Assembly: GCA_050084985.1 (NCBI GenBank)
Contig: JBITNC010000001.1
Span: 157,418,001-157,482,000 of the forward strand
DNA: 64,000 nt
DNA from: Nageia nagi
Taxonomy: Eukaryota > Plantae > Pinophyta
Direction of reading: 5' to 3'
The notes under the pieces were generated by a model. The model was given only the letters and a program-made list of their open reading frames with translations, made no database searches and was not told the origin of the DNA. This document shows, piece by piece, positions 40,600 through 52,960 of this stretch. The position numbers were made by a program, and so were the translations under genes. The number at the start of each line of letters is the position of its first letter. Position 1 is the first letter of the stretch.

Positions 40600-41200
40600 A
40601 GATTATATTATTCCAATATAAGAGACCTCAAAATGAACTAAGTCTGCTAGCCTAGTAGATGATGTCATCTCAATAGATGAAAGATCAAAATGAACTAAGT
40701 TTGGGAGTCTTGACCAAAATACATCAACAACAAAGTGACCTATAGCCGATAAATAAGTAAATCTCTTGAAAGACTCCAAGGCTAGTAGGTGATATTGACA
40801 TGCACATAGAAGTTTTAAAAGCACTAAAGCTGACAACCTGATCAAATGACATCAACATATAGAAAAATCAAATGCTAGCAAATAAAATAAAATAAGAAAA
40901 TATTGATCAAGAATGATAGGTGATTATAGGTAATCAAAGAAATGAAGTTTTCAACTAAGGTTGATGATTTTTAAGCAATTACATCATTCAATTCATTTAT
41001 TTTCAACAACAAGAGGCTATTGATAGATCACTGAAGAGAAGATAGGCATGCGAGGATCTAGCCAGATGATAGAACATGCCAACAACACTTGGCATGCATG
41101 AAGGGACATGGATGAAACAATAGTAGTAGCATCAAAATTCTAAAGAGATCCAACCACAGTAAATTTGAAGTATTAGTTGATCAACCATGCTTGTACAATG
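40600..41200 (-). pseudogene. Degenerate LRR-like gene fragment, possibly ARABIDILLO-type F-box/LRR
   Basis: YLSAIG...WSRLPNLVHFDLSSIEM, RLADLVHFEVSYIGI and LKLLCA resemble, from memory, the ARABIDILLO LRR stretch W.KLP.L.GLDVSRTDI / LKVLCA. Confidence 0.35.
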
Positions 41201-43199
41201 ATAGAGGTCCTAAAGTGACTTACAGATTGAATTGTAGTACACCTTGAGAAGTCTAAAGTTTTAAGATTCAGGTATATAACATGAGGCAATGATACTCTTG
41301 TGTACCCAAAAAACCCTATTATAGTGCACAAAACATACTCAATATGTTATTACACACATGATCTTTAGGATATAACATAACATATGCAAATATGAGTGTA
41401 AAGATATGTTTTAATCAAGCAATTATATTTCAAAAACTTGTAATAATGCTAAATAAATCTAAATGCATCTAAATCTTATGAAAGGGCCTCCAATTTAGGC
41501 CCTTAAGGAACCTAAATGAGTTTGATTTAAGTTTCCTCACTCCAAATGATAATGTGAGCCCCCAAGCCTCTAATCAATGAGGACAATGGATATAAGGATG
41601 TCTATTATCCAATGTGAATATGCCTATATGTTATTTAAAAAATTAGAATTGTTCTTTCAAACAATTGGAATGGATCTAACCAACAATTTATGCAATTTGA
41701 CCAAAATTATGCTTCAAGACTTTCAAAATATTTCAAACCCTACAAATTTTAAAGAACCTAAAAGATCCTTAGATCTCTAGGATCCAAGGATACCCACAAG
41801 GCTAAATATATGCTTAAACCATAATGTATGGAGCAAAAATGGAGTTTTAATTTATATAAATGCAAATTATGATATTTTATCCTAACAATATACTAAATTC
41901 AAATAATTTCAAAGGAGGATACAAATTTTGAAGCTCCCAAGCATTTCCATGGTGAATTCTTGCATATACCAACAAAAACCTTGAATATACACAAACATAT
42001 GCAATATAATGTCAATATAAGCATAAACACACAATAGAAAAGTCACCAATCATGTATAGAACCAATCTTGAAGAGAATTGATGGAGAATTAAGGTTAAAA
42101 CCCTTGATTCTTCCAAACCCTAGCTTGAAAAATCTTGGAGTAATTTTGATAGCATGAATTGAAAAGTGAGCATGAGCAATAATGAGTTAGGAGAATATTG
42201 ATCCAAGTATTAGATTTTTAATTTTTCATTATGTTTTATATCATGCTCATAACTTAAACTTTGTTATCTAGGAATACCTTTTTTTTTTCTTTATTTTGAT
42301 TTTTAGTGATTATTGCTTCTTTTGAAATATTTTAGCACTTTATGAAATACTTAGCTTTTTAGAACATTTGAATAATTGATTTTTTAGGTATTTATACATT
42401 TTAAATTAAGCATATCAATGCAATTAATTGATAGTTTAAGAAAATATGTTATTTTTGGGTGTCTACATTTTGCCCCTATTGGACCAAGTCTTTTGCAAAA
42501 AAGACTTGATTCAACACATGTATATATATTATGTTTATTTGAACAATTTAGATTTTGAGAAATTTATATTTTGAACAATTTAGATTTTGAGATATTTAGA
42601 TTTTTAACAATTTAAATTTTGAACACTTATGCTTTTTGGAATATTTATGCTTTTTACACTTTTGCTTTTTGAATTTTTTCCCCAATATAAGTGTATATGT
42701 TTGTAAGCTCATAGACCTACCCAATATTCAAATGATACTTTGTAGAAGAGTATGTAGTTATGGATGTAAGTATGTATACTTACACAATGTTAAGGAACAA
42801 GTTTAAAATAAATCCCAATCATGAATCAATATAGGATATGCCTTAATTTATGGCAACATGAAATAAATAATATGCCCCAACTCAAAAATTGGTGTGTGCA
42901 AGTGTGGAAAGAGCCACATTTATTCCCAATGTGGTATGTGATACGGGCAAAACCCAATGTGAAAGGATACCTAGACCCATCCATGTTGAAATATTTAGAA
43001 AAAAACTAGTAAAAGTGTATGATGGTCTTGATCCAAAATTTATGATTTTCCATGTATCCATAAGTTGTAGGATTTAAGTATTAATTCGTATGAGATATGT
43101 CTAAATGAATTCCCCCTCAAATGATGGTTTTATGGATGAAAAAAGTGAAGTTCGACATAGCATAGATAGATTTAGAAGGTAAGCTATTTGAAAGGTAAA

Positions 43200-43630
43200 C
43201 ATATTTTGAAATTTTTAGATTTTAACTTTTTGAGATTTTAGCTTTTATAGCTTTTTGAAATTTTGAGATTTTTGAACTTTTGATTTTGAATTTTTTAGAA
43301 ATTTTCAACTTTTGATTTTGAGATTTAAAAAAAATATTGAACGTTTGATTTTGAGCTTTTTAGAAATTTTAAACTTTTGATTTTAAGCTTTTTAAATTTT
43401 TTGAGCTTTTTAGAAATTTTGAACTTTTTTAGAAATTTTAAACTTTTAATTTTGAGCTTTTTAAAACTTTTGAACATTTTGAAAATTTTGAGATATTTTA
43501 ATTTGTAGACATTTTGGAGATATTTTGATTTTAAGACATTTTGAAAATATTTTGATTTTGACATTTTGAAAATATTTCATTTTTTAGACATTTTGAAGAT
43601 ATTTTGATTTTTATATATTTTGATTTTGAT
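43200..43630. repeat. Degenerate short-period T-rich tandem array (tttttagaaattttgaac-like)
   Basis: Read directly; produces the K/F/L-rich spurious ORF 43325..43564. Confidence 0.8.
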
Positions 43631-44469
43631 AAATGTTTATATGGTAATGCTCAACGATTTTTTTCTGACCAAGAATGGGTTATGAATGTAGATATGCAAC
43701 CTACCAAAATGTTAGGAAACAAGTGTGAAATGCTCTCATAGATAAGATCAATGTAGGATATTCCAATTTATAGAAATAGATTAAATGCTTGACTTATAAC
43801 ATGCTATAACTCAATGATGTGGTCATGGTAACACTAACTTTTTCCCAGTTTATGGGAAGAAAAGCAAGACAACAACTTTGCCCCATATTCAATGGATCAC
43901 AAAGGTGACACTGCTAAGGATTACCTCACCCCATGTTGAATGGATCACAAGGGATTATGCTCAAGATAATTATGTAGGACAATGATTTCTTTATCCCATG
44001 TTTAATGGATCACAAAGAAATGCTCTCCTTAACCCATGTTGAATGGATCATAAGGAGGATAAAGCTCATGGTATGACCATAAAACTAGAATGATAACTTT
44101 GGCCCACATTAAATGGAAAGCAAAGGATTATGCTAAAGCCAATGTATATAATATGCTAGGATAGGGTATTTTTGATCCTAATTTGTGATAGTTATTATCT
44201 TTCCTCTCAAACATCAGGATATATGCAAACAAAGTGAAGCCAAGAAAACATCATTGTTCATTGTTAAATGCTCATTGATCATTGACATGCTTATTCAAAG
44301 CTCTTCTTTAGATAATATTCAACAAAATCATCTCTTAATTTATTTTTTAATCAAGTCATTTGCTCAAGTTTGCTCTATTTTTTCTTTTTATGTTATTTTT
44401 GTTTTATTTGTGATGTTGTATTTTATTATTTTTATTTTATTTTTTTAATACTTGAAGGACAAAATCATG

Positions 44470-44700
44470 GTTATACACAATGAGCACACAATGGCTATAT
44501 ATAATGGATACATAATGGCTATATACAATGGATACACCTTGGCTATATATATAATGGATACAGAATGGCTATATACAGTAGATACATAATGGCTGTATAC
44601 AATAGATACATAATGGCTATATACAATAAATTACATAATGGTTATATACAATGGATACACCATGTACATATACAACAATATATGTACAACAATATGATAC
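44470..44700. repeat. ~24-bp tandem repeat (atggctatatacaatggatacata)
   Basis: About 8 degenerate copies. Confidence 0.85.
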
Positions 44701-45069
44701 AATGACTATGGAAAGATCATGTATAATGTAGGAGGTGAGTGACTTTGTCCTAACCCAAAGCATCCACTAATGGATAACTGCAAAATAGTAGTAGGCTCTA
44801 GTATTGAATTCCATGTTTTTAATATGATAATTCCATATATCAATGCTCAATGTTTATTTATTTGTTATCAACGAGTTCATGGAGAACTTATTTCAATCTC
44901 TTACATCCTTTGGTACTATTTCCTTTGATCATATGATAATCACAAAACTCATATTCTTTGTACCAAGGTCTCTTTGAAGCATATGGGTTGTGCTTAAATT
45001 TGGAAAATGTTATGAGATTTTATTTAAGCGCCCTTTGTAATGTTTTCAATGGAGATTCTTCCAAAGTAT

Positions 45070-46310
45070 AATTGGATTGACACTTTGTATAGATCAACTT
45101 GAAAAATATCTCAAAGAAGTAGGGTACATAGGCATCAACCATCATAACCTCATCATTATTCTCTTATTCTATATAGAATATATTGTCATGTTAGCTAAAC
45201 ATTATGATGATCTCATAATACAATTAAATATCCTTAAAATATTTTACAATGAATTTAATTTAATGGTTAATGTAAATACAACTAAAATTTTGATCATTTA
45301 ATCTAAAACTATGCTTCACTTCATAATCCTCCTTAATAATCAACCATTAGAGGTGATTGACTCTTACAAATACTTAGGTATTGATATAAATCACAAAATA
45401 AATTGAAATCTAAGTTTTTACAAAATAATCTTAGTTGGATGGAGAACCTTTTATGGTTTGGAAAATAAATTTAAAATGCAAGACTTTGAAATTGGGAAAA
45501 AAATAAAATTCTTTTCTCTTGCCTTATAACTCTAGTAATACTGTATGGTTGTGGAGTTTGGGGTGGAAGAATTTATTGAAAAACATGGAATAAAATTTAG
45601 TAAATTAAAAAAAATCATTATTTATAACTTAAAAATTAAAAATAACACACCATACCTTATCATTCTAATGGAAGCTAGTATACTCCCTATTGAAAGTGAA
45701 GTTTTAAGATGATATATATTATATAATTATAAACTAAGTTATATAATCTTATATTTTTGCAGTTTTTAAACAAACATATTTATCCAATAAATATCTTAAA
45801 AGAGGTTGGCTAGAATACTTTGATAAATAGCTTGATTTTTGGGGCATAAAAAATAACATAACCCTTTATGAGCAAATTTAAAGTTTCAAATTGCAAATTA
45901 AGTAATCCAAATTTTTTTGGAATGATTATAATATTATCATAAAAATATGATCAATCCAAAATTTGAAGATCCATATTACCCATATAATATTATTAGTCTA
46001 AAAAAGAAACTTATGATTGATAAACTAAGAACCAATTCACACGATGTACATAGTGAAATTGGTAAATGGGTAATATCTAAAATGCCTTGGGATAAAATAA
46101 TTTGTACAATTTGTAGCCTAAATGTCATAGAAGATGAGACTCATTTTCTCTTTTTTATTTTCCTACTTTACAAGGATATTAGACAAACCTAAAAGGATAT
46201 TTGTAATTAAAGCTTTATCTATGAATTCTTAAACCAAGGTAACCAAAATAAGTTTGGCGATTTTATTATACATCTTCAAGATTTTATTAGAAAAGATCAT
46301 TCAAATACAT
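45070..46310 (+). mobile_element. 5'-truncated, degenerate non-LTR (LINE) retrotransposon, RTEX/L2-like RT C-terminus
   Basis: LCIDQLEKYL, LLFYIEYIV (degraded YADD), LMVNVNTTKILI, LEVIDSYKYLGIDI, LYGCGVWG, LRTNSHDVHSEIGKW...ICTICSLNVIEDETHFLF. Confidence 0.8.
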
Positions 46311-47470
46311 AATTTATATATATTTATTTTAAAAAAAACTTTGATAGATCCTATAAAAAATTGAGTATAAAAATATGTTAAATGACTTATCTATCTACTT
46401 TGAAGGAATTTAACACCTACCTTTATCATTACGGGATCAAATATCAAACAACATCTCCAATAAATCCATAAGAAATTAGTGTTGTAAAAAGGATGAGTAG
46501 AACCATTTTAAATATTATAATGATAATGCTTTATTTTAAAGAAGTTGAATTTTTCTATTGATGACTCTCTTTGTATAATTTATGTCATAAACAATTATAA
46601 ACTAACAAAGTTAAATAATCTTTTTTTTTTTTTTAGTTTTTCAACAAATGTATTTATCCAATAAATATATTAAAAGAAGTTAGCTAAAATACTTTGATAA
46701 ATAGCTTGAATAGCTTGATTTTTGGGGTATAAAAAATAACATGACCCCTTTATTAGCGAATTTAAAGTTTCAAATTGCAAATAAAGTAATTCAATTTTTT
46801 TGGAATGATTATAATATTATCATAAAAATATGGTCAATCCAAAACTTGAAGATCCATCTTACCCATATAATATTATTAGTCTAAAAAAGAAACTTATGAT
46901 TGATAAACTAAGAACTAATTCACATGATCTACATAGTGAAATTGGTAGATGGACAATATCTAAAATGCCTTGGGATAAAATAATTTATAAGATTTGTAGC
47001 CTAAATGTCATAGAAAATGAGACTCATTTTCTCTTTTTTATTTTTCCACTTTACAAGTATATTAGACAAACCTACAAGGATATTTGTAATTAAATCTTTA
47101 TCCATGAATTATTAACAAAAATAAGTTTGGCGATTTTATTATACATATTCAAGATTTTATTAGAAAAGATAATTCATATACATAATTGATATATATTTAT
47201 TTTAGAAAAACTTTGATAGGTCCTATAAAACATTATCTGTAAAAATATGTTAAATGAATTATCTATCTACTTCAAAGGAATTTAACACCTATCTTTATCA
47301 TTATGGGATCAAATATCAAACAACATCTCTAAGAAATCCACAAGAAATTAGTGTTGTAAAAAGGATGCATAGAACCATTTTAAATATTATAATGATAATG
47401 CTTTATTTTAAAGAAGTTGAGTTTTTAGATTGATGGCTCTCTTTGTATAATTTATGTCATAAACAATTAT
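45720..47470. repeat. ~883-bp tandem duplication spanning the LINE 3' end and a Copia integrase fragment
   Basis: Near-identical ORFs at 45947 and 46830 (offset 883); flanking sequence is also duplicated. Confidence 0.9.
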
Positions 47471-49860
47471 CCTTTGATAGTCTTCATAATATGAATCTTT
47501 ACAAAATATGGACAAACATGTCCTTTGGTAAATAAACAATCTCAATATTTTTAAATCTACATGTTATGCATTAAATCCTAAGGAATAAAATCAAATTAAA
47601 ATTCAGAAGTCACAAACATATCTTTCTAGGCTCATATTGAAAGTCTATTGTGTGTATAATGTTAAAAAAAGAAGCTCATTATTTTTAGAGATATCATTTT
47701 CTATAAAATACCCAAATATGAAGCTCTTATCAAGTGACAACCATATTTCATTCATAAGTATCCCCATGTGTTTAGCCTAAATAGTTGGATTATTCTCAAA
47801 CGTGCCCTAGGAGAGGGACTTTTGCCTCTATCCTTCAAATCTTACTAATCAACATAAAATAAAACAATAAATCCAACGTCTAGCTATTGATGGTAGAAAT
47901 GAAGCAAACACTCTATAATTATGTTTAATTTTCCAATGTAGATGATTAGGAATCCAAGTATGAATTAACAATGCAAAGAGACACTTCCAAATCCAATGTC
48001 TCACTCCAAAGTGTAAATACTTAACAACAATGCAAATAACCAAGATATTATGCCAACATCTAGTTATATTGCGCAAACACACTCAAAATGATAATAGTTA
48101 ATGGAATTATATTGATATAGCTCAATTAAATATGTTTTAAACCTAAGAAAATTACACCAGGATTGCCTCCAATAGGGTTATCGTGAATGGCTCTAAGGCC
48201 TCACTAATCGTAGTAGTGACATAGTCAAGCTTGGGGCTTCCCTACCTCTCTCTGATGGAATAACCAGATTTCCTCTCCTAAATAATTAGAGTAAGCAAGA
48301 TGCTAGCATTCAATCACCTCAAGACCTCAAATGAAGATTGGCTTCTACAAGTGGCAAAGATAGAGTTCTCATACTCAATATGAAAAGGGGGGTTTAATAA
48401 TATATTCAACATATCTCATGTGTTCTAAGTTTCCTCCTTTTATAGATGAAGTGGTTGATACTCTAATCTCAAGTTGAGTTGATCTAATGACTTACAAGAG
48501 TGATCTGTGTGCTTTCAATACCAATTTCCAATATAGGATGCCTTAGGATGGGATTAATCACATCTAAGGGCCAAGAATTCCAATGTTAGAAAAGGGAAGA
48601 TTTCGAGGTGCCTTGATATTAATTCCAAGAGCTAGAATGCCTCCAAGAGTCTAACATGGGATCCTAGGGATGCCAAATGCGCAATGTAGGGATCTAGATG
48701 CCCTTCTTAATCCAACATCTAAGTGTGGAGACCCTTTCAATGCTTTGGGATGCCAAATATATCTTCAAGTGTACCACACCCAAGAATAGGAGTCTTCAAG
48801 ATGCCTCGTAGTCTCTATAAATCACCTAGTAGGATCCTCTACCTCAAAGAGGTGAGCATTAATGATAATAGGACCATCTAATGCTAATATTACAATCATC
48901 AAGGCTAGAAATATGGAATGCCTCATTATTGAATATTAATATTGCATTTACAATTATAATGGCCTTGGTATCATAAATACATTATTATTAGCATATTTGG
49001 ACACTCAACTATACATAATATACTAATTAAAGGCCCAACGTTCCATAATTTGAGTACCAAAATACTCTCCAAATGGAAATTACAATTAACTAGCCAAAAA
49101 ACACTTGAAATAAGTAAAATTACTCCTAATATTATGTTCCCATTCATCAATGATGAAATGGATAAAACATCATAACAATGGGTATATTATGCCCCAAATC
49201 AAGATATATCATGAATTCTGAAAAGAGACTCTAAACCAATTGTGGGAGATACCCATACTAGGGATACCCATCTTAAACAATTTTTAGAATTTACACCTCA
49301 AATTCATAAGGGTAATAATCATCAATAAAAGGAATCCCAAAATTTATCATTCTATTAGCTTTGAAATAATATGAAATAACATAGGTCATATAGTATTGAT
49401 GAAGAATTAGATAAGTCAAATAAGGCATCATGATTTGAACCCAAACAAAATACTTCAAAGTGGGAAATGAGGACATTTGAATATGTTCAACTTGATGAAA
49501 TAGATAAAACTAGAATGTGAAGTTGCTCTAATGTTGGATATGAGGATCAATCTAAATGTGGACATAAAAAGTGTTATGAATATGAATTGAATATGGAATA
49601 AAACATAAAACCAACTTCCTTTAAAGAACAAATGAATGAGTAACTATGGATGAATTCTATATAAAGTGAATATGATGCTCTTATGAAAATGATATGTAGA
49701 AGTTATTTGATCCTCTAGTAGGATCTAAACCAATTAGCTGCAACTTGGTTTACAATAACATTTATAAATTAGACAAATAGATTGATAAGCATAAAATGAG
49801 GCTTTTTGCAAAGGGTTATACTAAAAAAAAAGGACATAGAATATGAAGAGACTAAAGTTA
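46390..49860 (+). mobile_element. Highly degenerate Ty1/Copia integrase and RT remnant, interrupted by a solo LTR
   Basis: FNTYLYHYGIKYQTT...VVKRMHRTILN (integrase), IFLG, then PTSFKE, KSEYDAL, KPISCNLVY, RLFAKGYT, IEYEET (RT start). Confidence 0.75.
47767..49478 (-). mobile_element. Solo LTR related to the 52961/54756/58849 LTR family; right end damaged
   Basis: Shares blocks (gccctaggagagggac, ccaataggg, cacctcaa..cctcaaat, ctacctcaaaga, aaatgaggacatt); no TSD found. Confidence 0.7.
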
Positions 49861-52800
49861 CATGTAATTACTTAAAAATATCAAATTGAAATTATAATTA
49901 CTTAAAAATATCAAATTGAAATTATCAAGTTATTTCATTATTATTAAATATTATAATCATCATAATCTATAATAGTGGACTAATGTGTGTCATATTTGTA
50001 GGTAATTTAAGTCCCAAGGTATAGGAGCCAACCCAAGGAGTGGGTTACATCATCAAGTTTCCTAAACAACAAGATTTACATAAATCAACTATCAAGATAG
50101 ATCTGAAGAACATATTATGAACTTGATAGTGGGATATTTGCTTTAGGTATTTCTCAATTCTACCTCATCAAGGTTGGAATTTGGATACTTTGACTATCTA
50201 TCATACTATTATTATACAAAATATGATATTCTTGAAGGCTTGCAAGGTGATAAACTTGATCACAACTTTGGATTCCTCCAAAAGAGGATCGATGGTGGAC
50301 CATTTGAGGACCGATGATGACCTATTTCACTATGGGAGGAATGAGGATGGTCCATTTTTGATGAATCGATGAGTTATGATTTTTTTGGTATCTCCATTTG
50401 GTTTTCCTTCATTCATATCATGCTTCCTTTAATATGTAACATCTAAGTACAAGAGGTAAGTATTTGAATCTCCATCTTGATAGGCACTAGCTTGTTCCTT
50501 ATTGAATATCATTTATTTATATTATTATTTATATTTTTCCATTTCAGTCTAATTAGGTTTTGAGACTATTTAATTATTGTAATTTCTAATTTTCCCATCC
50601 TACAAATTGGTGACCCCGTATATGTGCCAAAACTTTGTTAAGGTTTTTGGATAGGACTATTATCATTTTTGAGATAGATCTAAGTTATCTTGATTTAGAA
50701 CAACTTGCTACATTTTTGTGTTCCATTAGTTTATCAAAGGAAACCCTAGATTATCAGAATAATTCTCCTAAGGAAGTGGAAGGTAGTCATAATGCCCAAA
50801 TTAAATCAAGCCTTCAAGAGTTGCAATGATAAATGTGAGAGATTCAAAGAGCATAGAAAAAATTTAATATAGTTTATGATGAATTTGCTAGTCATCTTTC
50901 ATTTGATATTCATAATGTTGCTTTTCCTAAAAATTACACAACTACAAAGTTCTATAAGTTCAATGGCAATGGTGTTCCAATGAAGCATATTCAAGGGTTT
51001 CATGATGAGCATGAGTTGAAAGTTGGGTTTGATCAAAGGGTGGTGGCCAAGTTGTTTCTACATAGCATGGAGGATGATGCAAGTGAGTGCTTCTATTCCA
51101 TATTATAGGGTTCCATCACTTCATTTAGTGATATTTGCACTTAATTTATTGAGAAATACAAGCATAATATGAAATAAGAGGTGATAATAGCTGATTTATG
51201 TTCCCTTAAGAAAGGTCCCATGAAAAGAGTTGAAAAGTTCATTTTGAGAATTAAAAAGGGTATGGTAACAAATTCATAGTAAGATTGATGAAAAGGAAAT
51301 TACTTATACTTTTAAAGAAGCTCTTATTTTACAATTTCAAGCACATGCTATGGATTATACTCACTTAGGGTTTTCTAAGATGACTCATAAATTGATTTAT
51401 AGAGAAAAAGTGCTTGTAAAATCTAGTCAAGTGAAATGTGAAAATGACACAGACAAAGGAAAGATTCCATTTTAGGAAAAGAAATAAATTAAATAAGTTG
51501 ATGCATATGAGAAAGAATCAAAATAAGAAAGCAAAGATCACCCAAAATTACCATTTATTAGATGTTCAAAAGCTCCGAAGATCATTTTTACTGAGCTCTT
51601 GCAAAAGAGTCTTATTCAATTATTACCAAAGAGAGAATAAATTTAATCTAATTACAAACCTCCATGGTATGAACCACACCATTATTTTCATTATCATCAA
51701 ACAAGAGATCATCTAACAAACACTTGTGGCATATTGAGAGGCAAAATCCTAGAGTTAATCAAGAGTGGTTCATATGAGTATCCCTATATGTAAGCCTAAT
51801 GAGAAATATGTTAATGTTATATTTAATGAATAAATTTATGCATACATGACAAGAGGAAGGTCACCAAAGCAATTTGTTGACCCATTTAGATCCAAAAGAA
51901 AAGAACTTCATAAAGATCATATAAGCTACAACTAAGAACATCAATTGAGGAACACCCAAGCTAAGATTAGTTTGTATGAGTTTATATCCATAACTAAGAT
52001 ATTTATTTCCATTTCCAAAAAAATATAGCAACTATTGAATTTATGGATTTGCTTAGTTCCTTTTCTCATTGCAATATGATTAAGTTTGATGCTAAACACC
52101 ATATAAGAAAAGATGTGGTTGATCAATATGAGGCACTCTATATTCAAAATAAAATTTTTGATGCTACAATAAGAAAAGAATTGGTTCATGGAGGTTCAAA
52201 TTTAAATATCACTTCTACTTATCTCCTTGATTAACTTAATCAAAGCAAGCTTCCACCTATGGAAAATCAAATATGTGCATACTAGGCTTAATTGATAAAA
52301 CACCAAGAAATTATGTTGGGATCATAAAGTTACCCATCAAAGTTGGTCCAAAGAAAGTTGTAATACCTCTTTATGTGATGGAAGGTAAGATACCCTATAA
52401 TATCATCCTTGGAATACCTTGGATCCATGACCTGGAAGCAATTCCATACACATTGCACATATGTGTTAAGTTTAAACATAAGGAAAAAACTATTAAGATT
52501 AAGGAAAATGAAGAATCAACTAAGAGGTGGTGTTTTTTTTATTCCAAAACATTTTCTCCATTTAACATTATTGAAGTAGTTTTTAAGGTGTAATGAAAAG
52601 TTAAAATTTAAGAAATTGAACCAAGCACATATCAAATATTAAATATCAATGTTCTTGGTTTTATAAAATATTTTAGTATACCTATAGATCCTAAACAAGA
52701 GGACCATCATCAGTCTATTTCCAAAGAAGAATAATTGAAACAAAGTGATCTTGAGCTAGAGCACAAAGATATTAAACTTTTTCCAAAGATACAATGATCC

Positions 52801-52960
52801 GATCTCAAAGAAGAGGACTATTGATGATCCACTTTTGATGAATAATGCACTCTAGATAAAGTCCAGAAGGTCATGTTCAACCTTGATGACTCATCTACAA
52901 TATTTAATTAGTAACATTCATACTCTTTTTTTAAAGAATTAAATAGTATACCAAAAAAGG

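Larger units (their letters stand above)
41233..45060 (-). mobile_element. 3' end of an Ogre/Tat-like Gypsy element: putative LTR (~41233-42467), PPT and repeat-rich 3' region
   Basis: Minus strand aggggcaaaa followed by tgtagacaccc at 42477-42457 (PPT plus LTR start); candidate other end tgtagtacacc at 41233; several tandem arrays 42540-44700; left and right limits uncertain. Confidence 0.5.

Noticed and set aside
43325-43564. Lys/Phe/Leu-rich ORF
   Set aside because: Translation of a degenerate short tandem array
44760-45060. Possible Gypsy integrase C-terminal remnant on the minus strand
   Set aside because: Similarity too weak to call by eye
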